Part shown: positions 1 through 19,310 of the stretch, one piece after another
How positions within the stretch are numbered: position 1 is the stretch's first letter
Layout of the letters: the number at the start of each line of letters is the position of its first letter
Assembly (NCBI GenBank): GCA_964016885.1
Contig: OZ024741.1
Coordinates: 56,420,001 to 56,484,000, forward strand
DNA: 64,000 nt
From: Eledone cirrhosa
Taxonomy: Eukaryota
Reading direction: 5' to 3'
Position numbers and translations under genes: made by a program
Notes under the pieces: model-generated
The model's input: the letters and a program-made list of their open reading frames with translations, nothing else
What the model was told of the DNA's origin: nothing
Database searches by the model: none

Positions 1-1298
1 TACATTCCGATCTCAACTGCTGACGGACAGATACTGTGTGATGTTTCGTTGGACTCACCACGACCTCTAGTCCCAGTGGAACATCGACGAACTGCGTTTT
101 TCGCTTTACATGGCATTTCTCACCCAGGAGTATCAGCCTCAGTAAAACTCATAACAGCCAGATTTTTCTGGCCTGGTATGAGACGTGACATTGCTGCTTG
201 GTGTCGTTCCTGTGTCGCTTGCCAACAAGCGAAAGTTCATAGACATGTTAAGGCTCCTCTCGGAACCTTCACCTGCTCCGATGCAAGATTTCGTCACATT
301 CATGTGGACATCGTCGGCCCGTGGCCGGTTAGTCGTGGTTTTTCGTATCTTTTGACGATTGTTGACCGTTTTTCGCGTTGGCCTGAAGCCGTCCCTATAA
401 CAGATATCACCGCCGAAACCACAGCCCGTGCGCTCGTATCTTCGTGGATCGCTCGTTTCGGTGTACCAACCACCATAACAACGGATCGTGGTCGTCAATT
501 TGAGTCTAACCTCTTCCGAGAACTAACCTAAATCCTGGGGGCTACTCGAATAAGAACCACGGCTTACCACCCAGCCTCAAACGGAATGGTGGAAAGATTC
601 CACAGGCAGCTCAAAGCCTCCTTAAGGGCTTCCATGGGCTCTTCACGTTGGAGCGAGTACCTACCTATTGTATTGTTGGGTATTCGGTCGACGGTAAAGG
701 TGGACCTTTGGTTCTCCTCTGCCGAATTAGTTTATGGTACGCCTCTGGCGTTACCGGGGCAAATGCTGGCCCCTTTTGACCTGACTTCGCAGGACCCCGC
801 TTCCTACGTGTCCCGGCTTCACTCTTATTTCAAGGATCTACCACCGATGGGCACTAGGAAGCAGACTGTAAAAACTACCGTCCCAAGGGATATTGCCTTG
901 TGGACCCATGTGTTCGTTAGAGACGACGCCGTGAGACCCCTCTTCAACGGCCGTACTCTGGACCCTATCGTGTGCTTGCTCGCACAGACAAACATTTCAC
1001 ACTGGACATTCGGGGTTCCAGGGAAACGGTTTCCGTTGATCGTCTCAAACGAGCAAACCTGGACAATGACACAATGACACTTGAAACTCAAATGCCTCCC
1101 TCTTTTTCTTTGCCACACAGGCCTATTTCTTCCCCCTCCCCACCATCAACACACAGAACTACGACCCGTTCTGGGCGAAGGGTGCATTGGCCCCGTAAGC
1201 TATGCAGTAATCATCAACTGAATTGTATTTTTTTTTTTTTTTTTTTTTTTCTTTCCATCTTTGTTGTACATTGCATTTTGTTACTTTTTGATTCTTGA
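1..1298 (+). pseudogene. Gypsy/Ty3 LTR retrotransposon integrase (3' part of pol), disrupted
   Basis: HHCC zinc finger (LHGISHPG...CVACQQAK), DDE core ([24 protein letters not shown]) and GPY-like module. In-frame TAA at 529-531; frameshift near 935-945 (PLQRPYSGPYRVL is in another frame). Confidence 0.93.
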
Positions 1299-1687
1299 CT
1301 GCCTACGGCAGTGTCAATATATTATATTTTGCGTAACATTACGACTGTTGTCAATTCTGACACAGTCCATTTTTTTTTTTTTTTTTTTTTTTTAGTGCAT
1401 TTTTATAACTATGCTACATATGGCATTTTCATTGCCTAGCAAAACCTTTTTTTTCTTGTTTATCGCATCTGGGGCCCCTTTATTGCGAAGAGTGTTATCT
1501 TTTCATGCATTTTGCATCTTTTACTGTACGTTTTTTTCTTTTTTTTTTTTTCTGTGTTAATGCTCGCAGACATGAACCTATTTATTATTTTTTTTTTTTG
1601 ATTTGTTGATACATTCTTCTACATTTTGTAAACTACCTTCGCTTCATTGTTAACGATTTTTCGACAAAAAATCTGCTCCGAGGTGAA

Positions 1688-1928
1688 TGTAGTGGCTGAG
1701 ATGGTCGCTTGGCAACTAGCAGTTGCCTCCCCTTAACAACCCTTCAGAGAGCGGAGGCAAAAATATACCCGGACACAGCCACAGGTTCACTCACTCTTTT
1801 TGGACCACGGACATGAACAGACGTGGAAAGATCCGCTCCTCAAAATATTGACGTTGTAGGAAATTTACTAAATTATTGCATTAAATAAAATGATTGTTAG
1901 ACTTGATTGTTCATTTATTTATTCGACA
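1688..1928 (+). mobile_element. Probable 3' LTR of the plus-strand Gypsy element
   Basis: Starts TGTAGTGG after a purine-rich gaggtgaa, contains AATAAA (~1885), ends ...TTCGACA and follows the integrase 3' UTR. The partner LTR is outside the window. Confidence 0.6.
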
Positions 1929-1949
1929 AAGAGAAACATCCCTTTTCTT

Positions 1950-2182
1950 TAGATATATCCTCTGAACTTTGGTTAATCTCCCAAGGGATTAGTTTTCCAA
2001 GCGTAAACAAGTCAGAAAGATGGATATATCATCTGACCTATTTTCTCTGTCAGGCGTAAACACCTCTGACCTGTGTTTAGCCTCTCCCAAGGGGTTAGTC
2101 TCCTGAGCGTAAACAAATTACCACGGCTTGTCCCAGAGGCGGGAAAGCTCAGATTCGGTTTCGAATCTTCGCCGCCGTTATA
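1950..2182 (-). repeat. Truncated 3' LTR
   Basis: Direct repeat of 7085-7317, preceded on the minus strand by PPT GGAAGGGGGG (~2186-2195). Confidence 0.9.
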
Positions 2183-2559
2183 GTACCCCCCTTCCAGTGA
2201 GAAAGCTAAGATTGAACGATCTAGGTGCATGTGAAATGAAGATAGGTATGACTAGGTGTGTTGTTGAAGAAAATCAGTAAAAAAAAAAAAACACATGAAA
2301 GTCATTTACAAACAGGAGACATGAAAGAAAACATGCAAAGCATAAGAAATTTACATGCAGGAAAATGTACTGTGATGTTACATAAAATTGAAAATGTTCG
2401 TACGAAAAGTTTGTTGATTAAAAGTTCGTTCATTTCATAGAAACAGAAAAATGTTCTTTTGTCTGTTCTTTTGATGTGGGTGATGCACAGAGTTAATTGA
2501 TTTGTGTGTAACAATAGTTCATGACCACAGAAATTGGCCGATTCGTTGAAATGTACAAA

Positions 2560-4290
2560 TTAGCCGAAATGTCGACCAGATGCATAATTTGTACTTACCC
2601 GATAAACTTGTACGTATCGCGTGGGCCATCTGACTGTTCTTCCGGATTTGGTGTGTCGGGGTTGAGCAGAATTTGTCGTGTGTGTGTCGGTCAAAGCTGT
2701 TGGTGAGTCTGCTGGAGAAACGGTGGGTACTGGTGGCAATTTCTGTTCTATGAACGCTTTCTTCAAACGATCAATGGAGACGGTATTTCGTTTCCCGTTC
2801 ACGTCTAGGACGAAATACTTAGGGCGTTTCTGTATCACCTTATAGGGTCCGGAATACGGCGGACGAAGTTGCGATGGAATACCGTCATTTCTAACGAAAA
2901 CATGCGTCCATGTATCGATGTCTTTTGGTATGTGTGAAGTAACGTGCTGTTGTTTAGGGGCTGAAGGAGACAGATGCGACATCGATGACCGTAAACGGTG
3001 CACATATTTTGTAGGGTCTGGAAGTTCTTGTTGCGAAACAGGAGCAATCATTTGTCCGGGTAGAGTGAGTACGGTGCCATACACCATTTCAGTCGGAGAA
3101 TGTCCGACTCCCTCCTTAACCGTGGAACTAATACCAAGAAGAATGAGTGGGAGGTGTTCGAACCAGTTAGTGGAGTCTTCGTAAGCCTTGATAGATGATT
3201 TTAGCTGGCGGTGTAAGCGTTCTACCATGCCGTTAGCGGCAGGGTGATACGCTGTTGTACGGATGTGTTTGCACCCGAGGAGACGAGTCAGCTCGGTAAA
3301 TAGGTGCGAATCGAACTGACGTCCTCTATCCGTAGTGATGGTCGCGAGTGTGCCGAAACGCGAAACCCAGTGAAACACTAGCGTTTTGGCGACAGTTTCC
3401 GCAGTAATATCCGTCAGGGGAAAAGCTTCTGGCCAGCGAGAAAATCGGTCGACACAGGTGAGAAGATGAGTGTGGTTGTGAGAAGGAGGCAAAGGTCCAA
3501 CTATGTCTATATGCACATGTTGGAACCGTGCATCAGGAGTTGGGAAAGAACCGATCGGGGCTTTGATGTGCCGGTGAATTTTCGCCTTCTGGCACGCGAT
3601 GCAGTTCCTAGCCCATTCGTGGGTGTCCTTGTTGATGTTGGGCCACACAAAGCGGGCAACCATCAGTTTCTGCGTGGCGCGGACGCCAGGATGTGCCAGA
3701 GAATGCAGTGCCGAGAAAACGTCGCGTCGATGTTTCCGGGGCACGTATGGGCGCTCGTGGCCTGTGGAGATGTCGCACCAAATATAACCCGAAGAAGAGG
3801 GCAGCGGGTATTCCTTCAATTTCAAGGATGATTTCCGGAGTTGCAGCAGTTCCTCGTCATTCTGTTGATCCGCTGCAATCCTCTGGAGGTCGATAGTGGC
3901 AGTGGTGGGGATTGCCTTAAGCTCCATGCGCGATAGGGCATCAGCTGCTGAGTTGGTGGCACCCTTAATGTACCGAATATCAGTAGTGTACTGAGAAATG
4001 AAGTCCAGATGTCGGACCTCCCTGGGTGAGTGTCGGTCAGGCTTGGCATTGAACGCGTACACTAGTGGTTTGTGGTCGGTGTATATAGAGAACACACGAC
4101 CTTCTAGCATGTGTCGAAAATGCTTGACAGCAAGGTATGCTGCCAATAATTCACGACTGAATGTGCTGTACTTAGTTTCGGCGGGTTTTAATCGCTTAGA
4201 GAAAAAAGATACAGGTCGCCAAATATCGCCAGAGAGTTGTTGAAGCACACCTCCAACTCCGAAATCGGATGCATCAGTCAATAAACACAT
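2560..4290 (-). CDS. pol: Gypsy pol: RNase H plus integrase (open frame)
   Basis: TDASDFG, RELLA, YTDHKPL, AADALSR (RNase H); HHCC, DDE core and PYSGPY (integrase). Confidence 0.93.
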   Translation of the reverse strand: MCLLTDASDFGVGGVLQQLSGDIWRPVSFFSKRLKPAETKYSTFSRELLAAYLAVKHFRHMLEGRVFSIYTDHKPLVYAFNAKPDRHSPREVRHLDFISQYTTDIRYIKGATNSAADALSRMELKAIPTTATIDLQRIAADQQNDEELLQLRKSSLKLKEYPLPSSSGYIWCDISTGHERPYVPRKHRRDVFSALHSLAHPGVRATQKLMVARFVWPNINKDTHEWARNCIACQKAKIHRHIKAPIGSFPTPDARFQHVHIDIVGPLPPSHNHTHLLTCVDRFSRWPEAFPLTDITAETVAKTLVFHWVSRFGTLATITTDRGRQFDSHLFTELTRLLGCKHIRTTAYHPAANGMVERLHRQLKSSIKAYEDSTNWFEHLPLILLGISSTVKEGVGHSPTEMVYGTVLTLPGQMIAPVSQQELPDPTKYVHRLRSSMSHLSPSAPKQQHVTSHIPKDIDTWTHVFVRNDGIPSQLRPPYSGPYKVIQKRPKYFVLDVNGKRNTVSIDRLKKAFIEQKLPPVPTVSPADSPTALTDTHTTNSAQPRHTKSGRTVRWPTRYVQVYRVSTNYASGRHFG

Positions 4291-4344
4291 TGGGGCGTCA
4301 GGTTTGGGGGTAACTCAGCATTGTAGTCTCGGACAACATTTTCT

Positions 4345-5712
4345 TCAACTCAGCGAAAGCGGTACATTCTTTTTCGCTGAGCTTGATGTTTGCGTTTTTG
4401 GTTGGGCTGTCTCTGCACAGTTGGGTATAAATCTTCTGTAGAAGTTTATCAGGCCAAGAAATTCTCGCAGTTTGCGGAGAGATATAGGTTGTGGAAAATC
4501 AATGATGGATTTGACTTTCTCCTTAAGTGGGCGAATACCATCTTTGTCAATGATGTGTCCCAGAAAATGAAGGGACGCAACTCCGAACTCACATTTGCTG
4601 GGGTTGATAACGATTCCATATTCACGCAAACGTGTGAATAGGAGATCAAGGTGTTTCTCATGTTCTTCATCAGAGCTGCTGTCCACCAGTAAGTCGTCAA
4701 TGTATGCGTATACAAAAGGTAGGCCTCTGGTGACTGTATCGATGAATCGCTGGAATGTCTGCGCTGCATTTCGCAAACTGAAAGGCATACGCAGAAATTC
4801 GAACATTCCAAAGGGTGTTGTGACTGCGGTCTTTGGAATATCTGCGGGCTCAACGGGTATCTGATTGTAAGCTCGCACAAGATCGATCTTCGAAAATATG
4901 CGAGCCCCGTGCAGCGAGCTAGAGAAGTCCTGTAGATGAGGCACTGGATAAGAGTCAGGAACGGTGCAGTTGTTTAGTGCACGGTAGTCGCCACAGATTC
5001 GCCAGTCGTTCGACGACTCCTTGGGTACACAGTGTATGGGTGAGGACCAGTTGCTGCTGGACGGACGTATGATGCCGAGATCCAGCATGTGCTGAAATTC
5101 TTGTTTGACGGACTTCAGCCGGTCTGGTGGTAGCCTTCTAGGTCGTACAGCGACAGGTGGGCCGTGAGTTTTTATGTGGTGTGTGACATCATGTTTTACA
5201 GGGCAAGCGTTGAATAGTGGTCGAGCTACGTCTGGGTATTTGTTGATGATGTGGTTGTGCCGGGTTGTTGTTGTCGATCTTGAAATGACTGGACTGACTG
5301 TGGCTGTCCTAGCGGCTATGCCGCGCAGAGCGAGACCAGTGGAGTTGTCAACGAGTCGTTGGTTTTTCAGATCCACTAGAAGCGAGAAGTGCTGAAGAAA
5401 ATCAGCTCCTAAAATAGGGGTCGGCAGCTTAGCAACAACGAATACCCACTGGAAAGTGCGGCGTAGTCCCAAATTTAGTGTCAGGGACTGTTCTCCATAG
5501 GTCGGAATATGTGAGTGATTCACCACCTGGAGCCAGGCTGGTGTCTCCCTCCTTTTTCCAGGAACGCAGGAAACCGGGATGATGCTCACTTCAGCACCGG
5601 TGTCGACAAGGAAACGCATGCCTGTGACGCGATCCTGTATGAAAAATAGGCGACTTTGGTTATGAGGGCCAGAAATGTCTGTTGCATTCAGTTTCTGGCT
5701 GTGTCGTTTCCC
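4345..5712 (-). pseudogene. pol: Gypsy pol: aspartic protease plus reverse transcriptase
   Basis: FLVDTGA protease; RT motifs [33 protein letters not shown]. Frame broken near 4400 (small deletion) and near 4308 (C-run). Confidence 0.93.
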
Positions 5713-6547
5713 TGATTTGTTTTCGAAACAAATGAACACGGATGGCTGCACTTTTGCGCTCGTCTCCCGAATCTTTGGTGGTACCAACACATTTCTGGTG
5801 AATCTCGAGATGCGCTGGGACTTCTTGAGCGACCACCAAATCGGCGAGTTCGGCTGTTGGACCGACGTGTGGCAAGGCCTGAATTTGTTGCGTCAAGGCC
5901 TGTATCTGTGTTGCTTGCTGTGCCAGTAACTGGTGTAGATCGGGCATCTCTGTGGCACTGGAGGGCTGAAGGAAAGGATTGGTGGAAGGCACGGCTGGCG
6001 TCACATTCGCCAAAGTTGAGTGCGGATGTGGTACCTCCATGATCCTATCTGCCAGCTCGGCAAGTTCTTCTATAGTGGTGGACTCCCTGGTGGATGCTAG
6101 TACCACTTGTGTGGCAGAAGGTAAACGCTGGAGGAAGAGTTGCTCGAAAATTTCATCCGGGAGTTTATGTTCACCCAGAAGCTGCTTCATTTTCCGTAGT
6201 AGTTGCGTCGGCTTTTTATCTCCTAATTCCTCCGATATGAGGAGCTGGTGCAAACGCTTCTGCTGCGACTCCGACGTCCGCTTAACTAATGTTCTTTTAA
6301 ACGTGTCATATGACACAGAGCCGGGTGGTGCTAAAATGAGGTCTCGGACCTCATTCATAATCTCCGGAGACATCGAACCGATGAGATATATGAGACGGGA
6401 TGCCTCGCTAACGATCCGGTTTGATGCGAACTGCGCTTCGATGTGCGCGAACCACAGTGTTGGATCATGCAGCCAGAATGGTGGAATCCTTAATGTCGAC
6501 CTGACTGCCATTTCTGCCGTAGATGAATCGTCGTGTGCTAGAGACAT
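5688..6547 (-). pseudogene. gag: Gypsy gag
   Basis: LRIPPFW..P.LWF..IEAQF and LGDKKPTQLLRKM motifs. The C-terminal RS-rich stretch and CWYH..FG..A.KC..PC knuckle are in a different frame (frameshift near 5870), ending at TGA 5688-5690. Confidence 0.88.
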
Positions 6548-6587
6548 CGTTTGTTGTGGATGATCAGAAGGTTGTGTGTTTGTTTTA

Positions 6588-6598
6588 CGGGGTCACCA
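6588..6598 (-). promoter_or_regulatory. Primer binding site, tRNA-Trp-like (TGGTGACCCCG)
   Basis: 2 nt inside the 5' LTR; complementary to the tRNA-Trp 3' end (...CGGGGUCACCA). Confidence 0.8.
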
Positions 6599-6600
6599 GT

Positions 6601-7317
6601 TGTAACGGAATACTATGTGTGGTTGTAACGACAAGTGGATGGATGGATGTAACTGTTGGTATGGTGGTTTCAGCGTAAATAAAATGCCAGGAGTGTTGTT
6701 ACAAAGTTTATTTTATTACAACAATATTCAATTTGAATATTGAATGATAAAATAATTGACACAAAATATTCATACAATAATTTGGTGGCTCTTCGAGCCA
6801 CGTAAATTCAAATATCACAGAATACGATTATAATATGTGTAAACAGAAATGAATGGTGCGTGTACAAATGTTGGACTCACTATGAATTGCGTGTGTGCGG
6901 CGTATCAGTATATTCACTTATTTGTATTGCAGGAGTCAGCGATCAGCCAGGAAGGTGGGAATAAGTGGTAGACTGGTTTTTCGTGACGAGAGCTTGTAAA
7001 TGAGACTCGTCTTGTCTGTATCCACTGCTTTTCTGTTTTTGGCGTAAACAATCCCTCTATTTATAAGAGTTGAAGTTAGAAGGATAGATATATCCTCTGA
7101 ACTTTGGTTAATCTCCCAAGGGATTAGTTTTCCAAGCGTAAACAAGTCAGAAAGATGGATATATCCTCTGACCTATTTTCTCTGTCAGGCGTAAACACCT
7201 CTGACCTGTGTTTAGCCTCTCCCAAGGGGTTAGTCTCCTGAGCGTAAACAAATTACCACGGCTTGTCCCAGAGGCGGGAAAGCTCAGATTCGGTTTCGAA
7301 TCTTCGCCGCCGTTATA
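6601..7317 (-). repeat. 5' LTR (717 bp), termini TATAACGG...CCGTTACA
   Basis: Short terminal inverted repeat, PBS 2 nt inside, and its distal 233 bp duplicated at 1950-2182. Confidence 0.9.
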
Positions 7318-7594
7318 AGTGTTCAATAAGATGATACGATAGTTCCTTGGTCACACAGAAAATGAATATATATAAATGAACCACGATGACACCAGACCGC
7401 TATATTATTAATTTATTGAAAATAACTCACGCCGGAGTTATACTAAAAATACACAGGGATTATGAACGTTATTTGTTTGTTTGTAAAAGTAGAATTAAAT
7501 TGTATTTACCAAGAAAACTTAATTGGCTGGTTTAAGAAAGAGACCAAGAGATAGAGATTGATTGAAAGGGAGAGAGTAAGAGTCTGTAAAGACC

Positions 7595-7764
<170 letters not shown>

Positions 7765-8589
7765 TGTAGACCCCCAAGGTCTAGAAAGTAAATGTTTTAC
7801 ATCGTTACTCTATCAGGAACTACTCTGAACTGCCTTTTGCTTGGTCTAAGACAGGCTATTTATATCTTTCGCTTCCTCTGTCCCCTACCTTCAGAACCAC
7901 AGGAGTGACCTTGAGAGATCGCCCACGCACAGACGTGTTTACGCCAAATAGTGACCATTAAATGTCACCCAGGGGTGAAGGTGTGAACAGATTTCGCTAC
8001 ATATCCACCCACGAAGAAAGAGGCCCTGTCGTTTTGCCCTTCCACTTATATGACAACGCGCCTCCAGTTACTTCTGATGTGACATTCACAACACCACAAA
8101 TACATGCATGTCCGCCGGGGCTGTGGGGAGACAAGCCGATTATATTACGAATTCAGTTGAATAGTCTTAATATACTATGTTGGTATATTATATTAGCTTT
8201 AAAGGAATTTTCAGTTCAGTTTTTCTGTTCATGCCCTTACAAATAGCTATCAATTAAATTTCTCTTTCGGATAATAAAGTTGTCACTGTTGATACATTGA
8301 AATAAAAAAAAAAAACTAAAAAAAAACTGAGCTGTTTTATAGAAATGGCTTCTACAGGATTAGAACTGTTTCATTCGGAAGAAATCATCAGCAAAACCGT
8401 CAATGTAATATGGTGGTATTTATACATTTTCTGGTGGTAAGGGAAGGTGGTGATTGGGATAGGTGGAGGTCATTGGCTGATGGATTTAAAGAAAAGGGGT
8501 TCTTTAAAAAAACTATATTTAGAGAAAAATGCATCGTGATACAAAGGCAGAAGTAAATTCACGCTAAGTACCTATAGACAAACACAAAC

Positions 8590-9110
8590 ACACTGGGAGG
8601 CACTCCTAATATTTAAGGTTCATTTATTCCAAGCAAACAATGGGTTTTCATTGAGTGGCAATATTAAAATGCCCTGCTAAAGGATGGTGAGGTCTGCAAA
8701 GATGGTCAGGTGTCTACACACACATATATATATTGTTTTTTTTTCAAGGTTCAATTATGCTAAGCAGACAAAAAGTAAAAAATAAGAGAAGATAACTAGG
8801 AAGACATTGCCTTAGATCGATCATCTTAGATGAAAACAACGTTTAATAAGGTGGCCGAATTTGTCTCAGCAGCTGGTCCTAGAAGTCATCATAGAAAGCA
8901 TGTACAAAATGCTGCCGATTATGGTCTCTTTGTTGGAAGTGTGGAAAAAAATGTGCATTGACTGGTGGATCCCCAAATCATTTGAAAAATCACCAAAACA
9001 AAACAGAGAATCAAAGAGGAAGTAATGTTCATCACTACAGCATATGCAGAAAGGAATGTAAATCATAGAAAGAGCTAAAGTGTTATGTTCCTGTCATCCA
9101 TGTGTGTGAT
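8590..9110 (+). mobile_element. Decayed LINE 3' end with tandem C2H2-like fingers (RTE-like)
   Basis: Broken frames give GRICLS..G.RSHHRKH, CWKCGKKC...NHLKNH and SICRKECKS. A related fragment lies at ~18560-18720 (-): CSICRKESKSLERLKNHVCDH. Confidence 0.45.
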
Positions 9111-9243
9111 GGGGATCAGGTCGTGGCAAATCTTGAAATCTCTTGCATGTACACAGACAAAAGTGGACAAATTTGTACATATGCTGCAACACTGATTTCG
9201 ATTCTACTTAATCTATTTGCATTCTGTGCTCTACAGTTGCATT

Positions 9244-10163
<920 letters not shown>

Positions 10164-11081
10164 CAATACTAATAACGTTAATAATAGCAATAATAATTCT
10201 AGCGTAAAAATCCGAGATGTGTGTGTCCATACATGACCATTTATGGTCTGTAAGTCCATATATCGAAATATATATTACACAGGTGTGTTGCATAATAAGT
10301 AAATGGAATGTTAAGTGTTGGTTGTGTAGAACCAAGACAGAGAATGTGTGTGTTATTGCGTGCCTTCAGTTCACGATGACCTCCGAATTTAGGTTGATGG
10401 TATAGGATATTTATTTAATAATCTTCACGGATTTAACAAAGCATCAGCCGCGATGTCTCTTATTTCTCCGTTTGGTTTGTAACATCATTTTACTGACCTT
10501 AACGTTTCAGATTAGGTCAGCTAGCCGTGTATTGGAGCGCTTGTCCATCCGAAATTATTAAGATCTCCAGAAGACAGCCGACGAGCGGGAACTGTCCATG
10601 TGCTTGACTTTTACGAGTCGAGTTTTCTGCTTCCTTTGTGTGGTCCACATGTTATATATATATATAAGGTAAACAGAAATAACAACACAATCGGTACAGT
10701 ATATGGAAGGTATATATTAGGTTAATGCTTGAAATAGCAGGAAGAGGGTCTTATCGTTTCGGACGCTAGTCCTTCATCAGAAGAAAGAATGAGAAATAAG
10801 ATAGATTGAGGGGACGGGCGGGTTGGAATTGGAAAAAATGTCTTTAGAAAAAACAGGTCCAATCGTTGGGAGGGTCATGTTGCCAATAAAAACATACGCA
10901 CCTGTTGGTTTTCACTTCAATTTATTATAAATTTCCGGTTGGTTGGTTGGTTCGATAACCGGATGGTTGTTTATATATTGTCAAAGCTCTTTCGTCACAT
11001 ATTCTGTGACCTCCTCAGTGACTAGGTTTTTATTTTGTGTGTTTCTCCTTTGTTCTGTCCTACACCATCTTGTTTGTGTAA

Positions 11082-15980
<4,899 letters not shown>

Positions 15981-16727
15981 AAATCAATTTTGGAAGAATA
16001 TTGAATTATGAATGAACCGCATTGCTGGACGGTGGCGGCTCAGTAGGTGAGGAGGTTTGTAGTGTGGTGTATTGAGTTAGATTGTGTTGTCAAACTGTTT
16101 TTTCTTCACCGTTTTTTAAAAATTCAAATCCACATTAAGTGTGCCAGCTTAATCTATCTTTCATTCTATGTACACGTATTCTTTTTATTTTATTTATTAA
16201 TTTATTTATTATTTTCTTTCGTCGAAGTCGATAAAAGGAATAAAAACAATGATTTTCGAATAAATAGTTAAAATATGACGAGGGGCAAATAAGAGCCTGT
16301 CAGCTATTGTAAAATAAATAAACAAACAAATAAATAAATAAATAAATAGATAAATAAATAAATAGATAAATAAATAGATAAATAAATAAATAAAATAAGA
16401 CACCCAGAGTACATGTCCTAAAAAGGTTTGAGTTTAAGCACAAGGTTAGCAATTTTGGTGAGGAAGCGGGACTTCATTTTTTCGACCTCTGGAAGGATGA
16501 AAGGCAAACTTGACCTCGGCGGGATTTGAACAGAAACTTTAGGGAGCCGGAACAAATACCACTAGGCATTTTTTGTTCGACGCTCTCAAGATGCTGCTAT
16601 GTTATCACCTACAAGTTCTAAAGTAAGAGCCGATCTTATGTCATTCTGTTTCTACAAAACATTATTATTAGTTATTATTATTTTCTGCCTAAATCAGAAA
16701 CCATTTTTGTTAATATTAAAATACCAA

Positions 16728-16945
16728 GGGCGGTAGATTGGCAGTATCGGTAGAGGGTCGGACGCCATGCTTTGCAGCTTAGAGTTAAGTCCCTTTATGA
16801 TCTGAGTTCAAATCCCGCCGAGATTAACTTCGCCTTTCATTTTTACCGGGTCGATAAAATAAAGTACCAGTCACGCACTAGGGTCGATTTAATCGACTTA
16901 CCCCTCCCCCAAAATTGCTGGCCTTGTGCCTATACAAGAAACCAT
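16728..16945 (+). mobile_element. tRNA-derived SINE family A (Deu/Nin-like central domain)
   Basis: A-box-like TGGCAGTATCGG, B-box GAGTTCAAATCC and CCTTTCAT...GGTCGATAAAATAAAGTACCAG core. Many further copies in the window. Confidence 0.8.
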
Positions 16946-17761
16946 TATTATTATTGTATCAAGCCCCTGGTTCCTCACGCTACGCCATGTCAAGCTACAC
17001 CACGCCACGCCACGCCACGCAACACTATGCTACTTCATCGATTCAATTCGCGGAAATTGTAATTAAAAAAATGTAATTTATTATTCCGTTTATACTTTTA
17101 TGTTTTCTTTTTGTAACAAATAATACATCGGCTTGTTTGACTTTTAGTTATGGCATATTTTAAAAGCAATGAATATTGCATTCGAACATAGCATATAAAG
17201 GTTTATATATATATATATGCTATTATTCTGAATTGTCTGAAAAAGGAGCCCCCGCAAGGTTGGTGTTGCGGGTATCACTTACTGCTCTCCGTGGCAATCC
17301 GCGGCGATACATTCGCCATTTTGTCCACAGCATGTAACAGAAATATACCATCAAGTCAAGGGCGTATAGTTTGCTCTATGAAGCGGAATGTCTGATAAAA
17401 CGTATATTGTTGGCTGTTCTCTGTGATAATTCTTTCGCCATTTTGATCCACGGGATTCAGCTGAAATATACCTTCCAGTCAAGGGTGTAGAGTTTTCCCT
17501 CTCATCATTACTCATTTCTGGAATTTTTTTCTTCATTCACAAATAATGATTTATCTGTACAGCTTTTTATTTTATTTAGCCATTGTATAGTTTAAAACCA
17601 ATGGATTCTGCATTCGAATATAGCATATTAAGGTTGGTTATATATGGAATCCACTCATGGTGTAATAAATTATTAATACTATTATTATGTGCAGTTCTGT
17701 TTCAGAATAATAAACCACCAAGTTTTATTTTACATTTTTTTAAAACAACAAATTGTTGTTG

Positions 17762-18090
17762 GACCTCCGTCGTTTTCAATGACGTGTGCTCCAGTTGATT
17801 CAATCAACGAAACTGCTTCATCGTGAAATTAATGTGTATGTGGTTGAAAACATTCCATAAACACAAGCACCATGAATGTATATCTCAGGGAGATTCAGCA
17901 TGACAAAATGTATGGCAAGTCTGACCTCCTTGAATTACAGGTACAACTAATTTGTAGCAATTGAGCGGACTGAAGCAACGTGAAATAATGCGTCTTGCTC
18001 AAAGATACAACGTTTCGCCCGGTCCCAGAATCGAACTCACGACCTTACGATCGTGAACCCAGCACTTTAACCTCTATGCCACGTGCCATT
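17762..18090 (-). mobile_element. tRNA-derived SINE family B
   Basis: tRNA-like head on the minus strand (GTGGTTAG-like A box, GAGTTCGATTC B box), then TTATTTCACGTTGCT. Homologous copies at ~21470-21775, 26244-26556, 51405-51525 and 51760-52072. Confidence 0.75.
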
Positions 18091-19126
18091 TATAGTGCAG
18101 CATTTACCTAAAGTGAAGGCTACGTGAAAGAGAAAGCATAAATAAATAAATAAATAAATGAATGAATAAATAAATAAATAAATAAATAAATACATAAATT
18201 GATTCGTGATAAGATAAGATAAAGTTGGTCATTTTTCATTCTTATAATACTAGTTTCTTCTATCTGTATTCTATGGCGCTGCTGCTGCTAAATTCACAGC
18301 AATTCTCTATTATTTTATTTTTTCTTGACAAGAATTTTCAGCTTGTAAATATTTCATGATAGTCTAAAAAGCCATTATTGGTTATTTTTATTTATCTATA
18401 TATTTATTTATTTATTGCAGGAGTTAATATAATTGTGTTCGTACATGACGTTTAGGTTAAGTTTCCGGCTCAGAAAAAAATAAAAACAGAAATATTCTTC
18501 ACAACGGATTCCCAATGGACCCACATGGGTTCTGAACTTTTGATGGAATCGTAGCAGCGCCATCGTGAGAAATGGCCTGTCATGGTCACAAACATGATTT
18601 TTTAGCCTTTCCAAGGACTTAGATTCCTTTCTGCATATGCTACAGCGAAAGAAAACAGAAAAGGCAATGTTCACGTGACACAGGTGAAAGTCCTTTTTGT
18701 CACGTGATGCCAGTGTTTGAAGCTTCAATCCCAGTGCAAGAATGATGTCCTAACAAGAACTAAACACACACACACACACACACACGTATATATCCATATC
18801 CTCTTCTACTGTTAACCAACGAAGTCTCTAGACAACCTTATATTATACAGTAGCGATATTTCACCCAACAAAGTATATTATTTCCAACAGTGCAGTGGTT
18901 CTCACTGATATTTTATGCTAGCTACTATACACACTTGTAGCAAGATATCATTTATATTTTATGTTCTTTATACCACGCTGCTCTTTCTCTCAGTATCAGT
19001 AATGGATAGATTAATGGAAACATTATTTCCTTGGTCCGATCCAGCGGTCGACTTCTTTCTTTTTATTATTAATACAAATAATATATTATAGTACTAACCA
19101 TATAAAAATAGTTATGCTATAAAATA

Positions 19127-19310
19127 ATTGTTTCTACTTTTGGCACAAGGCCAGCAATTACCCAGTACATTACTGGTACTTTATTTTATCGACCCCGTAA
19201 GGATGAAAGGCAAAGTTGACCTCGGCGGGATTTGAACTTAGAATGGAAAGGGCCGTAACTCTATGCGTCAAACCATGACGTCCGACCCTCTACCGATACT
19301 GCCAATCCCC
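19127..19310 (-). mobile_element. SINE family A copy
   Basis: Reverse complement of the family A consensus. Confidence 0.8.

Larger units (their letters stand above)
1950..7317 (-). mobile_element. Near full-length Gypsy/Ty3 LTR retrotransposon (gag-PR-RT-RH-INT), inactivated
   Basis: 5' LTR 6601-7317; truncated 3' LTR 1950-2182 matching 7085-7317 (233 bp, one mismatch seen); PBS, PPT and all pol domains in Gypsy order. Confidence 0.95.

Noticed and set aside
5979-6563. 194-aa plus-strand ORF
   Set aside because: Antisense shadow of gag with no recognisable motifs.
16728-16830. tRNA genes suggested by A/B boxes
   Set aside because: No cloverleaf; these are heads of multi-copy SINEs.
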